Assembly: GCA_051656605.1 (NCBI GenBank)
Contig: JBOGCF010000008.1
Span: 6,152 to 70,151, forward strand
DNA from: Tannerellaceae bacterium
Lineage (GTDB): Bacteria; Bacteroidota; Bacteroidia; Bacteroidales; CAMTPD01
Reading direction: 5' to 3'
Length of the DNA stretch: 64,000 nt
Shown here: positions 9,318-17,555 of the stretch, piece after piece
Layout: each line of letters opens with the position of its first letter
How positions within the stretch are numbered: position 1 is the stretch's first letter
Translations under genes and position numbers: made by a program
Notes under the pieces: model-generated
Seen by the model: only the letters and a program-made list of their open reading frames with translations
Told to the model about the DNA's origin: nothing
Database searches by the model: none

Positions 9318-10096
9318 TAATAGGATACCGAAACTTCAAATCCGGCTTCTTTTACTTTTTCGGCAATACTGTCTAATACTTCTTTCGATGCCTTTTGTAA
9401 TTCTTTGATTGGCGTTTCCCTGTCTATCGTATATATCATTACCGATTGCGGTTTGATCTCTTTAAGCGCATTCAACCAAAGCTCTACTTCTTTTGCAGAT
9501 GTATTGTCTACCGATACACCATTGCAAGTTCCTTTCAGAAACATGGTTTGAATAATTAATTTACCATCGAAACGTTTCAACAATGGTATCAACTTTTCTA
9601 CACTAAATGATGGAGAGTTGGGTACATTGATCAAACGCATTTTATCGTCGAGCATCGAGTCGAGCTTGAGAATGTTGTTATCAACTTTCTTCAAAGCCTC
9701 TACTACGCTATCACGATCTATTCGAGTGGCATTGGAAAGTACCGATATTTTTGCATTTGGAAAATATGCGTTGCGCAGCTGAATCGTATCGTCTATGATT
9801 CCGACAAACTCAGGATGAACCGTTGGTTCACCGTTTCCGGCAAACGTTATCACATCGGGGGTTATCTTTTCTTCTGTAAGTTGTTCGAGTTTAGCTTTGA
9901 GTGCATCATAAACTTGTTGTCGGGTAGGGAGCTTACCTTGTGCTCTTCGCTCTTCGTTTAGTCCACATTCGCAGTAAATGCAATTGAACGAACATACTTT
10001 TCCATTCGTTAATAACAAATTTACGCCAAGAGATACGCCCAAGCGTCTGCTTATGATAGGTCCGAATACAATTTGATCGAATAAAATAGTACTCAT
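9317..10096 (-). CDS. Radical SAM protein (uncharacterised subfamily)
   Basis: 259 aa with the CxxxCxxC cluster motif CSFNCIYCEC near the N-terminus and GNGEPT downstream. Confidence 0.8.
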   Translation of the reverse strand: MSTILFDQIVFGPIISRRLGVSLGVNLLLTNGKVCSFNCIYCECGLNEERRAQGKLPTRQQVYDALKAKLEQLTEEKITPDVITFAGNGEPTVHPEFVGIIDDTIQLRNAYFPNAKISVLSNATRIDRDSVVEALKKVDNNILKLDSMLDDKMRLINVPNSPSFSVEKLIPLLKRFDGKLIIQTMFLKGTCNGVSVDNTSAKEVELWLNALKEIKPQSVMIYTIDRETPIKELQKASKEVLDSIAEKVKEAGFEVSVSY

Positions 10097-10182
10097 TATT
10101 TCTGTCTTTAAGTTTATAGATCAAATGTAATAACACTTTGTGAAACCCTATTTCCTAAATGATGATTAATAATTAGGGCTCG

Positions 10183-12237
10183 TTAAAATTTTAACGACAC
10201 TACAGCTCCGATATCGGTTTTGTTATTTCCTTCTATTTCTTCCAGTGCGCTTCCTATTTTCGTGCGATCATTGTAATGTGTTGATGACACCTTTATCGAT
10301 GATGAAAAGTATTGGTTCATTTTCACTCCGATATTCAAACTCCACCGAAAACCTTCACCATACATCGTTGTCATTCCATAGGTATAGGGTAATGCTTTCT
10401 CATAGCTCGCCAAACGGGCATCGTATGATTTCGTGTTGAAGTAAATCAAGTATCCATCTATTCGAAGTTTGTTTTGCAAGATTCCGATACCGGCATTTTG
10501 ACTGACAGCCCATCCTTTGTTGTTCGATAAATCTTTTGATTGGGCAACAACCATCTCTGCTGTTGTTCTGAACCACCTGTTGTTTTTATTTCCGTATACT
10601 CCTTGCAATCTGAATTTGTCTCGAGCCAAGGGTAAAATCAATAAATCGTCACTCTCGAGACTTCTTATATTTTGCTCCCTCGTTTTGCGTACATACCGAA
10701 AAGAGACGGTTTCATTTGTCATTGTAGAATAAGAGGCCAACATCATCCACTCCTTTCCAAGGGAAGAAGTATACACACCGTACTTCATTTCGGGAGAATA
10801 AAACAGATCAATATACCCGCTTAGTTTGAGTCCGCGAAAAGGGTATAAACTAATACCGGTATACAAACCTTGTTCGTTCGACACCGTGTTGTTAACAACA
10901 TAACTACCCGGTGTAAAAGCATAGTAATTCCTTGCATAATTACGATACAAAAGTTGTATTTCAACATTGTAAACAGGCTTTATGAACACCCCGTTAATAG
11001 TGGCAAGTCCATTATTTGTTAATAAGGAAGTTTCTCCAAACAATGTATATGTTCGTTGTTTAAAGCGATAGTTAACAGCCACATTACAAAGATTATTTCC
11101 CCGTGGTTTATAAACATTATAAGGTTTATCATCCCAGATTAGATTGCTCTTTCCAAAGTTATTTAAAGCAGCAGTTAACCCGATATCAACATGCTTATAA
11201 ACAAACTGAGTATTCACGCCAAACAGTTGATGAGTTATTACACTTTTCTTATTTTTCTCACGCATAATGTTGTGAATTCCATCTTTCTTAAACGACTTAA
11301 TTCCCAAGCTATCCACAATTCCGTCGAGCTTCTTTTGGGAATAGAATAGCGAAACATCAAAACTTCCCAAGCGTAAAGTTGTGGCTACTCCGCGGTAAAA
11401 TCCAGACTCGGTAGCAGAGAAATGTTTTCGTATTCCTTTCGAAAGTCGTTCTTGCGAGGTAGTCATCACGGTTTTGGAAGGAGAGTAGCTGTTGCCAAAT
11501 ACCAATCCTTGTCCGAAAGCCAATTTATAATCGCCTACCACAATACTTTTAATGCATTTGAGGTCTTTTACCATGGCATGAAATGAATAGAAGTCGTATC
11601 CTTTGTGATGCATGTTCCAAAAAGGCTCGCCTTGATCTTTTTCGGCCACGAATCCGACCGACCATTTATCGCCCGATGTAATAGAGTAGCGAAGCGAGTG
11701 CGAAAAGGGTTCTCCAAGGTATTGTCGGTTCGGATATTTTTCAAGAATGGTGTCAGCAATCACCTTATAACCTTTCTTGGTTTGCAGTGTTTGGCCATAC
11801 GAACCGATCAACTGATGCTTTATTTTTCGTTTAGACCGGGTAGCTTCACTTTTATCCGCTAATTGAGACTGTTTATCGAAAAAAAGAAACATCGAAAGCA
11901 ATTGAGCTTTGTCGATAGAAAGTCCATTGATAAACTTCAGTTCGTAAGGTGTAATAAGTGGCTTATTTTTATCTCGAAATATGAGAAAAGAATCTACTTC
12001 GGCTTCGGTAAACAATACCAATGATAACAGTTGTTCCTTGTTGACAACATCTGGTTGAAAGGGGTTAATAAGATAGTAACTGAGCATTTCATACCACTCT
12101 TCACTATCAGTTATTAAATCACTATCAACAACATATTGATCAAACCAACCAGTATCATAAGAGTCTGATTGATAAACTTGTGCTTGTATTGATAAAGACA
12201 TTATCAACATTAGTTGAAAAGTAAGTATTAACCGCAT
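10183..12237 (-). CDS. Secreted or outer-membrane protein: N-terminal ComEA-like helix-hairpin-helix region plus large beta-rich domain
   Basis: 684 aa with signal peptide MRLILTFQLMLIMSLSIQAQ. Residues about 55-120 (NKEQLLSLVLFTEAEVDSFLIFRDKNKPLITPYELKFINGLSIDKAQLL) resemble the ComEA HhH pattern. The remainder has alternating beta-strand character and ends in F. Confidence 0.5.
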   Translation of the reverse strand: MRLILTFQLMLIMSLSIQAQVYQSDSYDTGWFDQYVVDSDLITDSEEWYEMLSYYLINPFQPDVVNKEQLLSLVLFTEAEVDSFLIFRDKNKPLITPYELKFINGLSIDKAQLLSMFLFFDKQSQLADKSEATRSKRKIKHQLIGSYGQTLQTKKGYKVIADTILEKYPNRQYLGEPFSHSLRYSITSGDKWSVGFVAEKDQGEPFWNMHHKGYDFYSFHAMVKDLKCIKSIVVGDYKLAFGQGLVFGNSYSPSKTVMTTSQERLSKGIRKHFSATESGFYRGVATTLRLGSFDVSLFYSQKKLDGIVDSLGIKSFKKDGIHNIMREKNKKSVITHQLFGVNTQFVYKHVDIGLTAALNNFGKSNLIWDDKPYNVYKPRGNNLCNVAVNYRFKQRTYTLFGETSLLTNNGLATINGVFIKPVYNVEIQLLYRNYARNYYAFTPGSYVVNNTVSNEQGLYTGISLYPFRGLKLSGYIDLFYSPEMKYGVYTSSLGKEWMMLASYSTMTNETVSFRYVRKTREQNIRSLESDDLLILPLARDKFRLQGVYGNKNNRWFRTTAEMVVAQSKDLSNNKGWAVSQNAGIGILQNKLRIDGYLIYFNTKSYDARLASYEKALPYTYGMTTMYGEGFRWSLNIGVKMNQYFSSSIKVSSTHYNDRTKIGSALEEIEGNNKTDIGAVVSLKF

Positions 12238-12253
12238 GTTAACAAAGTGTATT

Positions 12254-13081
12254 TTAAAACAGATAACTCAAAGAAACGCCCGAACTTATACCTAGTTGTT
12301 GATGATAAAGTGCTAATACATCCACATTCATTTTACGAAAAGAATATCCCATACCTAAGGAAGGTTGAAGTGGTTTCGTACAGAACCCGACACGCAAATC
12401 AAACGTTGAAACGGGAGTATATTCGAGACCTGCTCTGAATGAAACTCCTTCATTTTCGAGATAAACAACCTCTGAAGTCACCAAACTTGTATTCGAAATG
12501 GCATAATACCCTCCAGCTCTTATACAATAACCAAAGAATGGTAAACTGCCATCACTGTATTCCTGTAGTGTAAACGAGGGGGCATCTTGAACCGAACATC
12601 CGAGCATTAATTTCTCATTAAATTCATACGTAAGTCCAATGTCTAAAGAGAGTCGGGAAGGTCTTTCATCCACTGCAATAATAGTTGCCATCCGGTAGTT
12701 AACACCAATACCTAGTGCAAGGGATTTTGTCAATAACCTGTTCACACCAATGTTTATATTCGTTTCCCGAAACTGATCGAACCCAGTAGTACTTACTGAC
12801 AATAAAGCATTTAGAACTTTATTAGGGACAAATACGTCTCCCGAAAGTGTTGATAACTCTTTCATGGAAAATCTGTTGAAATAGTTAATTTGTACAAGTC
12901 CGTCGTCTAGAAATGAAGAAAAAGAAGGATTAGAACGAACAGATAAAACCGAACCTATTCCGCCTAAAGAAAGAGATCTGATTTCTTCGCTGCGCAAATG
13001 ATCCGAAGCATTTAAACTTAAAGAAGAAATAAACAATAATAGAAGATAGGATATGCAATATGCCTTTGTTTTGGAAGTCAT
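12254..13081 (-). CDS. Putative outer-membrane beta-barrel protein
   Basis: 275 aa with a signal peptide, an alternating hydrophobic pattern and the C-terminal ...SLSYLF. It starts 16 nt upstream... it lies 16 nt upstream (5') of the 684-aa gene on the minus strand. Confidence 0.45.
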   Translation of the reverse strand: MTSKTKAYCISYLLLLFISSLSLNASDHLRSEEIRSLSLGGIGSVLSVRSNPSFSSFLDDGLVQINYFNRFSMKELSTLSGDVFVPNKVLNALLSVSTTGFDQFRETNINIGVNRLLTKSLALGIGVNYRMATIIAVDERPSRLSLDIGLTYEFNEKLMLGCSVQDAPSFTLQEYSDGSLPFFGYCIRAGGYYAISNTSLVTSEVVYLENEGVSFRAGLEYTPVSTFDLRVGFCTKPLQPSLGMGYSFRKMNVDVLALYHQQLGISSGVSLSYLF

Positions 13082-13232
13082 TGATGTAGGTATTTCTAAT
13101 GGTTAACAATTGAATCAAATATAGATCAAATTTATCTATTCACGTAATTATTAAAACTTTAAATGAGAAGAAATAATAATATCCGAATTATCATAAATAA
13201 AATAAGGAGGAAATGATATACATTTGCGGCGT

Positions 13233-13838
13233 ATGAAAAAGAGACATCTATATATATTACTACTGTTTATTAACATCGCGACCTTCAGTTCTTGGGCTCA
13301 AAATAAAAGAGTAATTGTTTTACCTGAAGGAATTCAGCTCGGACAGGTTGTGAATGGAGATACTATACCTATTGTGTATCTGAAAGATGTAATTGTATAT
13401 CCGGAATATAAATTCAAAAACAAGAAAGAAGAACAACACTACTGGAAACTGGTACGCGATGTAAAGAAAACATTACCACTCGCAAAGATTGTACACGCAA
13501 CACTGTTAGAAACATACGAATACATGGAAACGCTTCCAAACGATAAAGCAAGAGAAGAACACTTGAAACGTATGGAAAAGGAGTTGTTTGAAGAATATAA
13601 ACCGACTCTTAAGAAACTGACTTTGTCACAAGGAAAACTTCTTATCAAACTGATAGACAGAGAGTGTAATCAGTCTTCTTTTAATCTTGTAAAAGCATTC
13701 TTAGGTTCCTTCAGAGCCGGATTTTGGAACTTATTTGCAGGCATGTTCGGTGCCAGTCTTAAATCGGACTATGATCCGAAAGGAAAAGACGCAATGACCG
13801 AACGTGTTGCCATATTAGTAGAGAGAGGACTTATTTAG
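13233..13838 (+). CDS. DUF4294-like secreted protein
   Basis: The track ORF starts at a TTG (13224), so I prefer the ATG at 13233 (MKKRHLYILLLFINIATFSSWAQ signal peptide). Family assignment is from memory only. Confidence 0.5.
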   Translation: MKKRHLYILLLFINIATFSSWAQNKRVIVLPEGIQLGQVVNGDTIPIVYLKDVIVYPEYKFKNKKEEQHYWKLVRDVKKTLPLAKIVHATLLETYEYMETLPNDKAREEHLKRMEKELFEEYKPTLKKLTLSQGKLLIKLIDRECNQSSFNLVKAFLGSFRAGFWNLFAGMFGASLKSDYDPKGKDAMTERVAILVERGLI

Positions 13839-14367
13839 TCAGTAGTTTAAAACAATCCCACATTACGATACCAGCCGTAACCGAAACGTTAAGCGAATGT
13901 TTTGTTCCGTATTGTGGGATCTCTATGCAATGATCGCAACTATCAATTACCGATTGTTGCACCCCTTTCACTTCATTTCCCATCACAATAGCCACCTTCT
14001 CGCCAACCTTGAAAGTAAGCTCATCGAGCATAATACTATGCTCTACTTGCTCTACTGCATATACCGTATATCCATTATCCTTCAAAGATTTAACAGCCTC
14101 ATGAGTATCTTCAAAATAACGCCAGTTTACCGTATCTTCTGCGCCTAAAGCCGTTTTATGAATTTCAGGATTAGGAGGAGTAGCAGTAATGCCACATAAA
14201 TAAATAGCTTCAGCTTTAAATGCATCGGCTGTTCTGAATACAGATCCTACATTGTTAAGACTTCGAATGTGATCAAGTACAACAACCAAAGGAATTTTAT
14301 CCGTTTCTTTGAATTCTTCTACACTCAATCTATTCAGTTCTGTTATCTTTAATTTTCTCATATTCAT
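13831..14367 (-). CDS. TrmH/SpoU-family RNA 2'-O-methyltransferase
   Basis: 178 aa with SpoU motifs (NVGSVFRTADAF, VMGNEVKG, IPQYGTKHSLNVSVTAGI). The stop overlaps the convergent upstream gene by 8 nt. Confidence 0.85.
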   Translation of the reverse strand: MNMRKLKITELNRLSVEEFKETDKIPLVVVLDHIRSLNNVGSVFRTADAFKAEAIYLCGITATPPNPEIHKTALGAEDTVNWRYFEDTHEAVKSLKDNGYTVYAVEQVEHSIMLDELTFKVGEKVAIVMGNEVKGVQQSVIDSCDHCIEIPQYGTKHSLNVSVTAGIVMWDCFKLLTK

Positions 14368-14590
14368 CTATTATTTATAGCTGTACAAAAGTACATAGAA
14401 GTTTAACAACACCTGTTCAAAAGGTGTGCATTTCTAGCGGAAAGAAAATAATAAATAAGACTTGACAATCCCGAATACTTATACATACAACCCCCTTAAA
14501 GTGATCTCCAAATTATTTAGCATAAAAGTAATCACTCATTTTGAAGTACTTTTTAAACGGAATCAACACATCTCGGTACAAGAAAGTTTT

Positions 14591-14598
14591 TAACTTTG
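14591..14598 (+). promoter_or_regulatory. Possible -7 box TAACTTTG far upstream of nadA
   Basis: Matches TAnnTTTG, 216 nt before the nadA ATG. This is the same octamer as in front of nadB. Confidence 0.3.
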
Positions 14599-14599
14599 C

Positions 14600-14679
14600 T
14601 ACGTTTCAACAATTATCATAACCTGTGAATAACACAACTAAACCCTTATTTATAGAGGAGTTACGATTGTTGAAATGTA
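14600..14679 (+). promoter_or_regulatory. 14-bp inverted repeat bracketing 52 nt in the nadA upstream region
   Basis: tacgtttcaacaat (14600-14613) pairs with attgttgaaatgta (14666-14679): 13 Watson-Crick pairs plus one G-U if read as RNA. Confidence 0.5.
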
Positions 14680-14813
14680 CACCGTAACCTAGTAGGGAAT
14701 AATGATAAGTTAAATAGCAAGAAAAGCCGAACATTTGTATCAACCTTTTCCACAGTATATTATTATCATTATTTCTTTTTAAAAAGTATTCTATATAATA
14801 TTATATATAATCG

Positions 14814-15800
14814 ATGTTGATGAAAACTGAAAAGGGCTACAATGATACGCCGATTGCCGAAGGCACTAACCTTATCGAAGAGATTAAGAAACTGAAAAAG
14901 GAAAAGAACGCTGTAATACTTGCTCACTACTATCAAAACGGAGATGTGCAAGATATAGCAGACTTTGTAGGAGATAGTCTGGCCTTAGCTCAATGGGCTT
15001 CTAAAACCGACGCAGACGTTATCGTGATGTGTGGCGTACACTTCATGGGCGAAACTGCTAAAATCCTTTGTCCGGGTAAGCAAGTATTGGTTCCGGACTT
15101 GAATGCCGGATGTTCTTTAGCCGATAGTTGCCCTTCAGAGGCGTTTGAAGCGTTTGTAAAGCAACATCCCGATCACACTGTGATTTCGTACGTAAATACG
15201 TCTGCCGCCGTTAAAGCGCACACAGATGTGGTTGTCACTTCAACCAACGCAAAGCAAATTGTGGGTAGTTTTCCGAAAGAAGAGAAGATCATCTTCGGTC
15301 CCGACCGTAATTTAGGAAATTACATTAACAGCGTTACAGGCCGTCAAATGCTTTTATGGGATGGTGCATGTCATGTGCATGAACAATTCTCCTTAGAGAA
15401 GATCCTAGAGCTTAAAAACAGCTATCCTGAGGCTCTAATCCTAGCACATCCTGAATGCAAAAGTGTAATCTTGAACATTGCGGACCATATTGGCTCTACT
15501 GCCGCACTGCTTAATTATGCAACAAAGTCGGCAAACAAACAGTTCATTGTAGCAACAGAATCGGGTATTATCCACGAAATGCGCAAACAGAATCCTGAAA
15601 AGGAATTCATTCCGGCGCCGCCCAACGACAGTACTTGCGCTTGCAACGAATGTAGCTTTATGCGTTTGAATACGATGGAGAAGTTGTACAATGCACTTAA
15701 ATTTGGCTGGCCCGAAGTAAATGTGGATGCAGCAATTCAGGAAAAAGCATTAAAACCTATTGAGAAAATGCTTGAAATCTCTGCAAACTTAGGTCTATAG
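14814..15800 (+). CDS. nadA: Quinolinate synthase
   Basis: 328 aa with typical NadA blocks (ILAHYYQ, VHFMGETAKIL, the three-domain repeat, CxxC..C cluster cysteines). Confidence 0.93.
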   Translation: MLMKTEKGYNDTPIAEGTNLIEEIKKLKKEKNAVILAHYYQNGDVQDIADFVGDSLALAQWASKTDADVIVMCGVHFMGETAKILCPGKQVLVPDLNAGCSLADSCPSEAFEAFVKQHPDHTVISYVNTSAAVKAHTDVVVTSTNAKQIVGSFPKEEKIIFGPDRNLGNYINSVTGRQMLLWDGACHVHEQFSLEKILELKNSYPEALILAHPECKSVILNIADHIGSTAALLNYATKSANKQFIVATESGIIHEMRKQNPEKEFIPAPPNDSTCACNECSFMRLNTMEKLYNALKFGWPEVNVDAAIQEKALKPIEKMLEISANLGL

Positions 15801-15842
15801 TATTTAATTGCAAAACAAGCAATTACAATCTTTATAAACAAC

Positions 15843-15915
15843 ATATCCCGTTATTAAAACGAAGTTATCAACAGGTATTTGTTGAGCCTCGTTTCAATAA
15901 CGGGATATTTATTTT
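15843..15915. terminator. Long hairpin between convergent nadA and rdgB (bidirectional terminator)
   Basis: atatcccgttatt (15843-15855) pairs with aataacgggatat (15896-15908), followed by TTATTTTG. The stem-loop contains a TTATCAACA motif at 15865-15873. Confidence 0.6.
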
Positions 15916-15934
15916 GTACAAACAGCGTGTTTGT

Positions 15935-16519
15935 TTAGAAGTCTTGCGAAGCTAAGAAGTCGGCAAGTTGAGCGGTTGCTCTTGCTCTGTGGCTGATTTT
16001 GTTCTTAACATCCGCTCCTAGTTGAGCAAAAGATTCACAATAACCCTCCGGTACAAAGATCGGATCATAACCAAAACCTTCCGCACCTTTCTTCTCTGTT
16101 GCAATGGAACCATTTACGATTCCGTCGAAGAGATACTCTTTTCCGTCTAGAATCAGTGCGATCACTGTACGGAAACGTGCCTTTCTATTTGCTTTGTCTT
16201 TTAGTTCTTCGAGCGCTTTGTTCATATTGTCTTCCGAGCTTCTTGCCGGACCCGCATAACGGGCCGAATAAACGCCCGGTGCGTTGTTCAAGGCTTCGAT
16301 CTCTAATCCTGTATCATCGGCAAAGCAATCGTAACCGAATTTTTCTTTCACAAAACGAGCCTTTTGCAAAGCATTCCCTTCTAGCGTGTCTGCTGTTTCG
16401 GGTATATCATCGAAGCAGTTGATCTCTGCCAAACTCACAATCTCAAAACGATCGCCAAGTATGGCGCTAATTTCTTCGAGCTTGTGTTTATTGTTCGTTG
16501 CAAAAACAATTCTTTTCAT
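15935..16519 (-). CDS. rdgB: Non-canonical purine NTP pyrophosphatase (RdgB/HAM1 family)
   Basis: 194 aa: [32 protein letters not shown]. Confidence 0.9.
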   Translation of the reverse strand: MKRIVFATNNKHKLEEISAILGDRFEIVSLAEINCFDDIPETADTLEGNALQKARFVKEKFGYDCFADDTGLEIEALNNAPGVYSARYAGPARSSEDNMNKALEELKDKANRKARFRTVIALILDGKEYLFDGIVNGSIATEKKGAEGFGYDPIFVPEGYCESFAQLGADVKNKISHRARATAQLADFLASQDF

Positions 16520-16573
16520 CCTTATTTTAGTTATTAACGAAGTTATTAAATTGTTGATAAGGTCTGTAATGTT

Positions 16574-17455
16574 CTAGGCCTTAATAGGTTCAAAGCCTTC
16601 TCCGTATACACCCATTACGCTAGCTTGCGTAATAAAAGCTCTTTCATCAATGTTCTTAACAAGTCGGAATACAGAACGTGATTCTGTCTTTTTAGCTACC
16701 ACAACCACGACTTTTACTTCATTTTTTGAATACCAACCGGTACCATCCAATACCGTGCAACCTCTATCAAGATCTTTGATGATAGAGTCGGCTATTTTTT
16801 CATACTCCTTTGAGTAGATAAAATATTGATACGACTGTCTGCTTCCGTTAAGGATCATATCGATAACAAGCGACATGATTACCATAATAACCAAGGCATA
16901 TACAATCTTTTCAATACTATGGAAAATGAAATAAGAAGAACTAATGATAATCAAATCGCAAAGTAACATGATACGACCTATCGAGATGTGTCGGTATTTA
17001 TTAACAATGGCAGCAATGATATCTGTACCTCCGGTGCTTCCGTTACCCAAGAAAGATAATCCGAGTCCACCGCCCAACATAAATGCACCGATAACGATAG
17101 AAAGTAGCGGGTCGTTTGGTAAAAGTGGTTCGGTAATCAAGTTTTGGAAAAAGCGAAGGAGAAGGGTGAGGATACCGACACCAAAAAGCGTTTTCAACAA
17201 GAAGCGAAAACCGAGAATTTTAAAGCCGGCAGCAAGAAGGATAGCATTAAGTACGAAATAGGAAAGGTAAACAGGAATCCCCGTACTATAAAAGATAAGT
17301 GAGCTTACGCCCGTAAGTCCGCCCGGAACAATACCATTGGAAAGAATAAAAGCATTGAAGCCGAAGGCGTATAAAATTAAACCGAGCAAGATCACGGCGT
17401 AATCCTGCACGGCATAACAAATCTTGGTAAAAGATTTCTTCATTGATATTATCAA
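16574..17455 (-). CDS. YitT-family membrane protein (DUF2179 C-terminal domain)
   Basis: 293 aa with five or six TM helices (GGLTG, GGTD motifs) and a soluble C-terminal DUF2179-like domain. Confidence 0.85.
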   Translation of the reverse strand: MIISMKKSFTKICYAVQDYAVILLGLILYAFGFNAFILSNGIVPGGLTGVSSLIFYSTGIPVYLSYFVLNAILLAAGFKILGFRFLLKTLFGVGILTLLLRFFQNLITEPLLPNDPLLSIVIGAFMLGGGLGLSFLGNGSTGGTDIIAAIVNKYRHISIGRIMLLCDLIIISSSYFIFHSIEKIVYALVIMVIMSLVIDMILNGSRQSYQYFIYSKEYEKIADSIIKDLDRGCTVLDGTGWYSKNEVKVVVVVAKKTESRSVFRLVKNIDERAFITQASVMGVYGEGFEPIKA

Positions 17456-17555
17456 TCTATATGATTCTACTCTTGTAAAAAGTCAAAAGCGAAAAAGTCT
17501 CGACATTAACTCCCCGGATCTGTAATTCCGGGGAGCAATGAAGATATACTTTATA

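Noticed and set aside
13831-13838. An 8-nt overlap of the stop regions of convergent genes (the DUF4294-like gene and the TrmH-family gene).
   Set aside because: This is a real feature of the sequence, but it is common in compact genomes and has no specific implication I can support.
14466-14494. Calling a class-I NAD+ riboswitch from the ACAATCCC and ACAACCCC strings upstream of nadA.
   Set aside because: I could not find the flanking bulged stem-loops. The strings lie upstream of the only good promoter box. The motif is short enough to occur by chance, and my recollection of the consensus is imperfect. I kept this only as a check within the nadA-leader finding.
15850-16546. A 17-nt direct repeat GTTATTAA(AA)CGAAGTTAT flanking rdgB, considered as a footprint of a mobile cassette or MITE.
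   Set aside because: rdgB is a conserved housekeeping gene with normal composition. There are no terminal inverted repeats, target duplications or transposase. The repeats belong to the wider TTATCAACA-containing motif context discussed under the DnaA-box-like finding.
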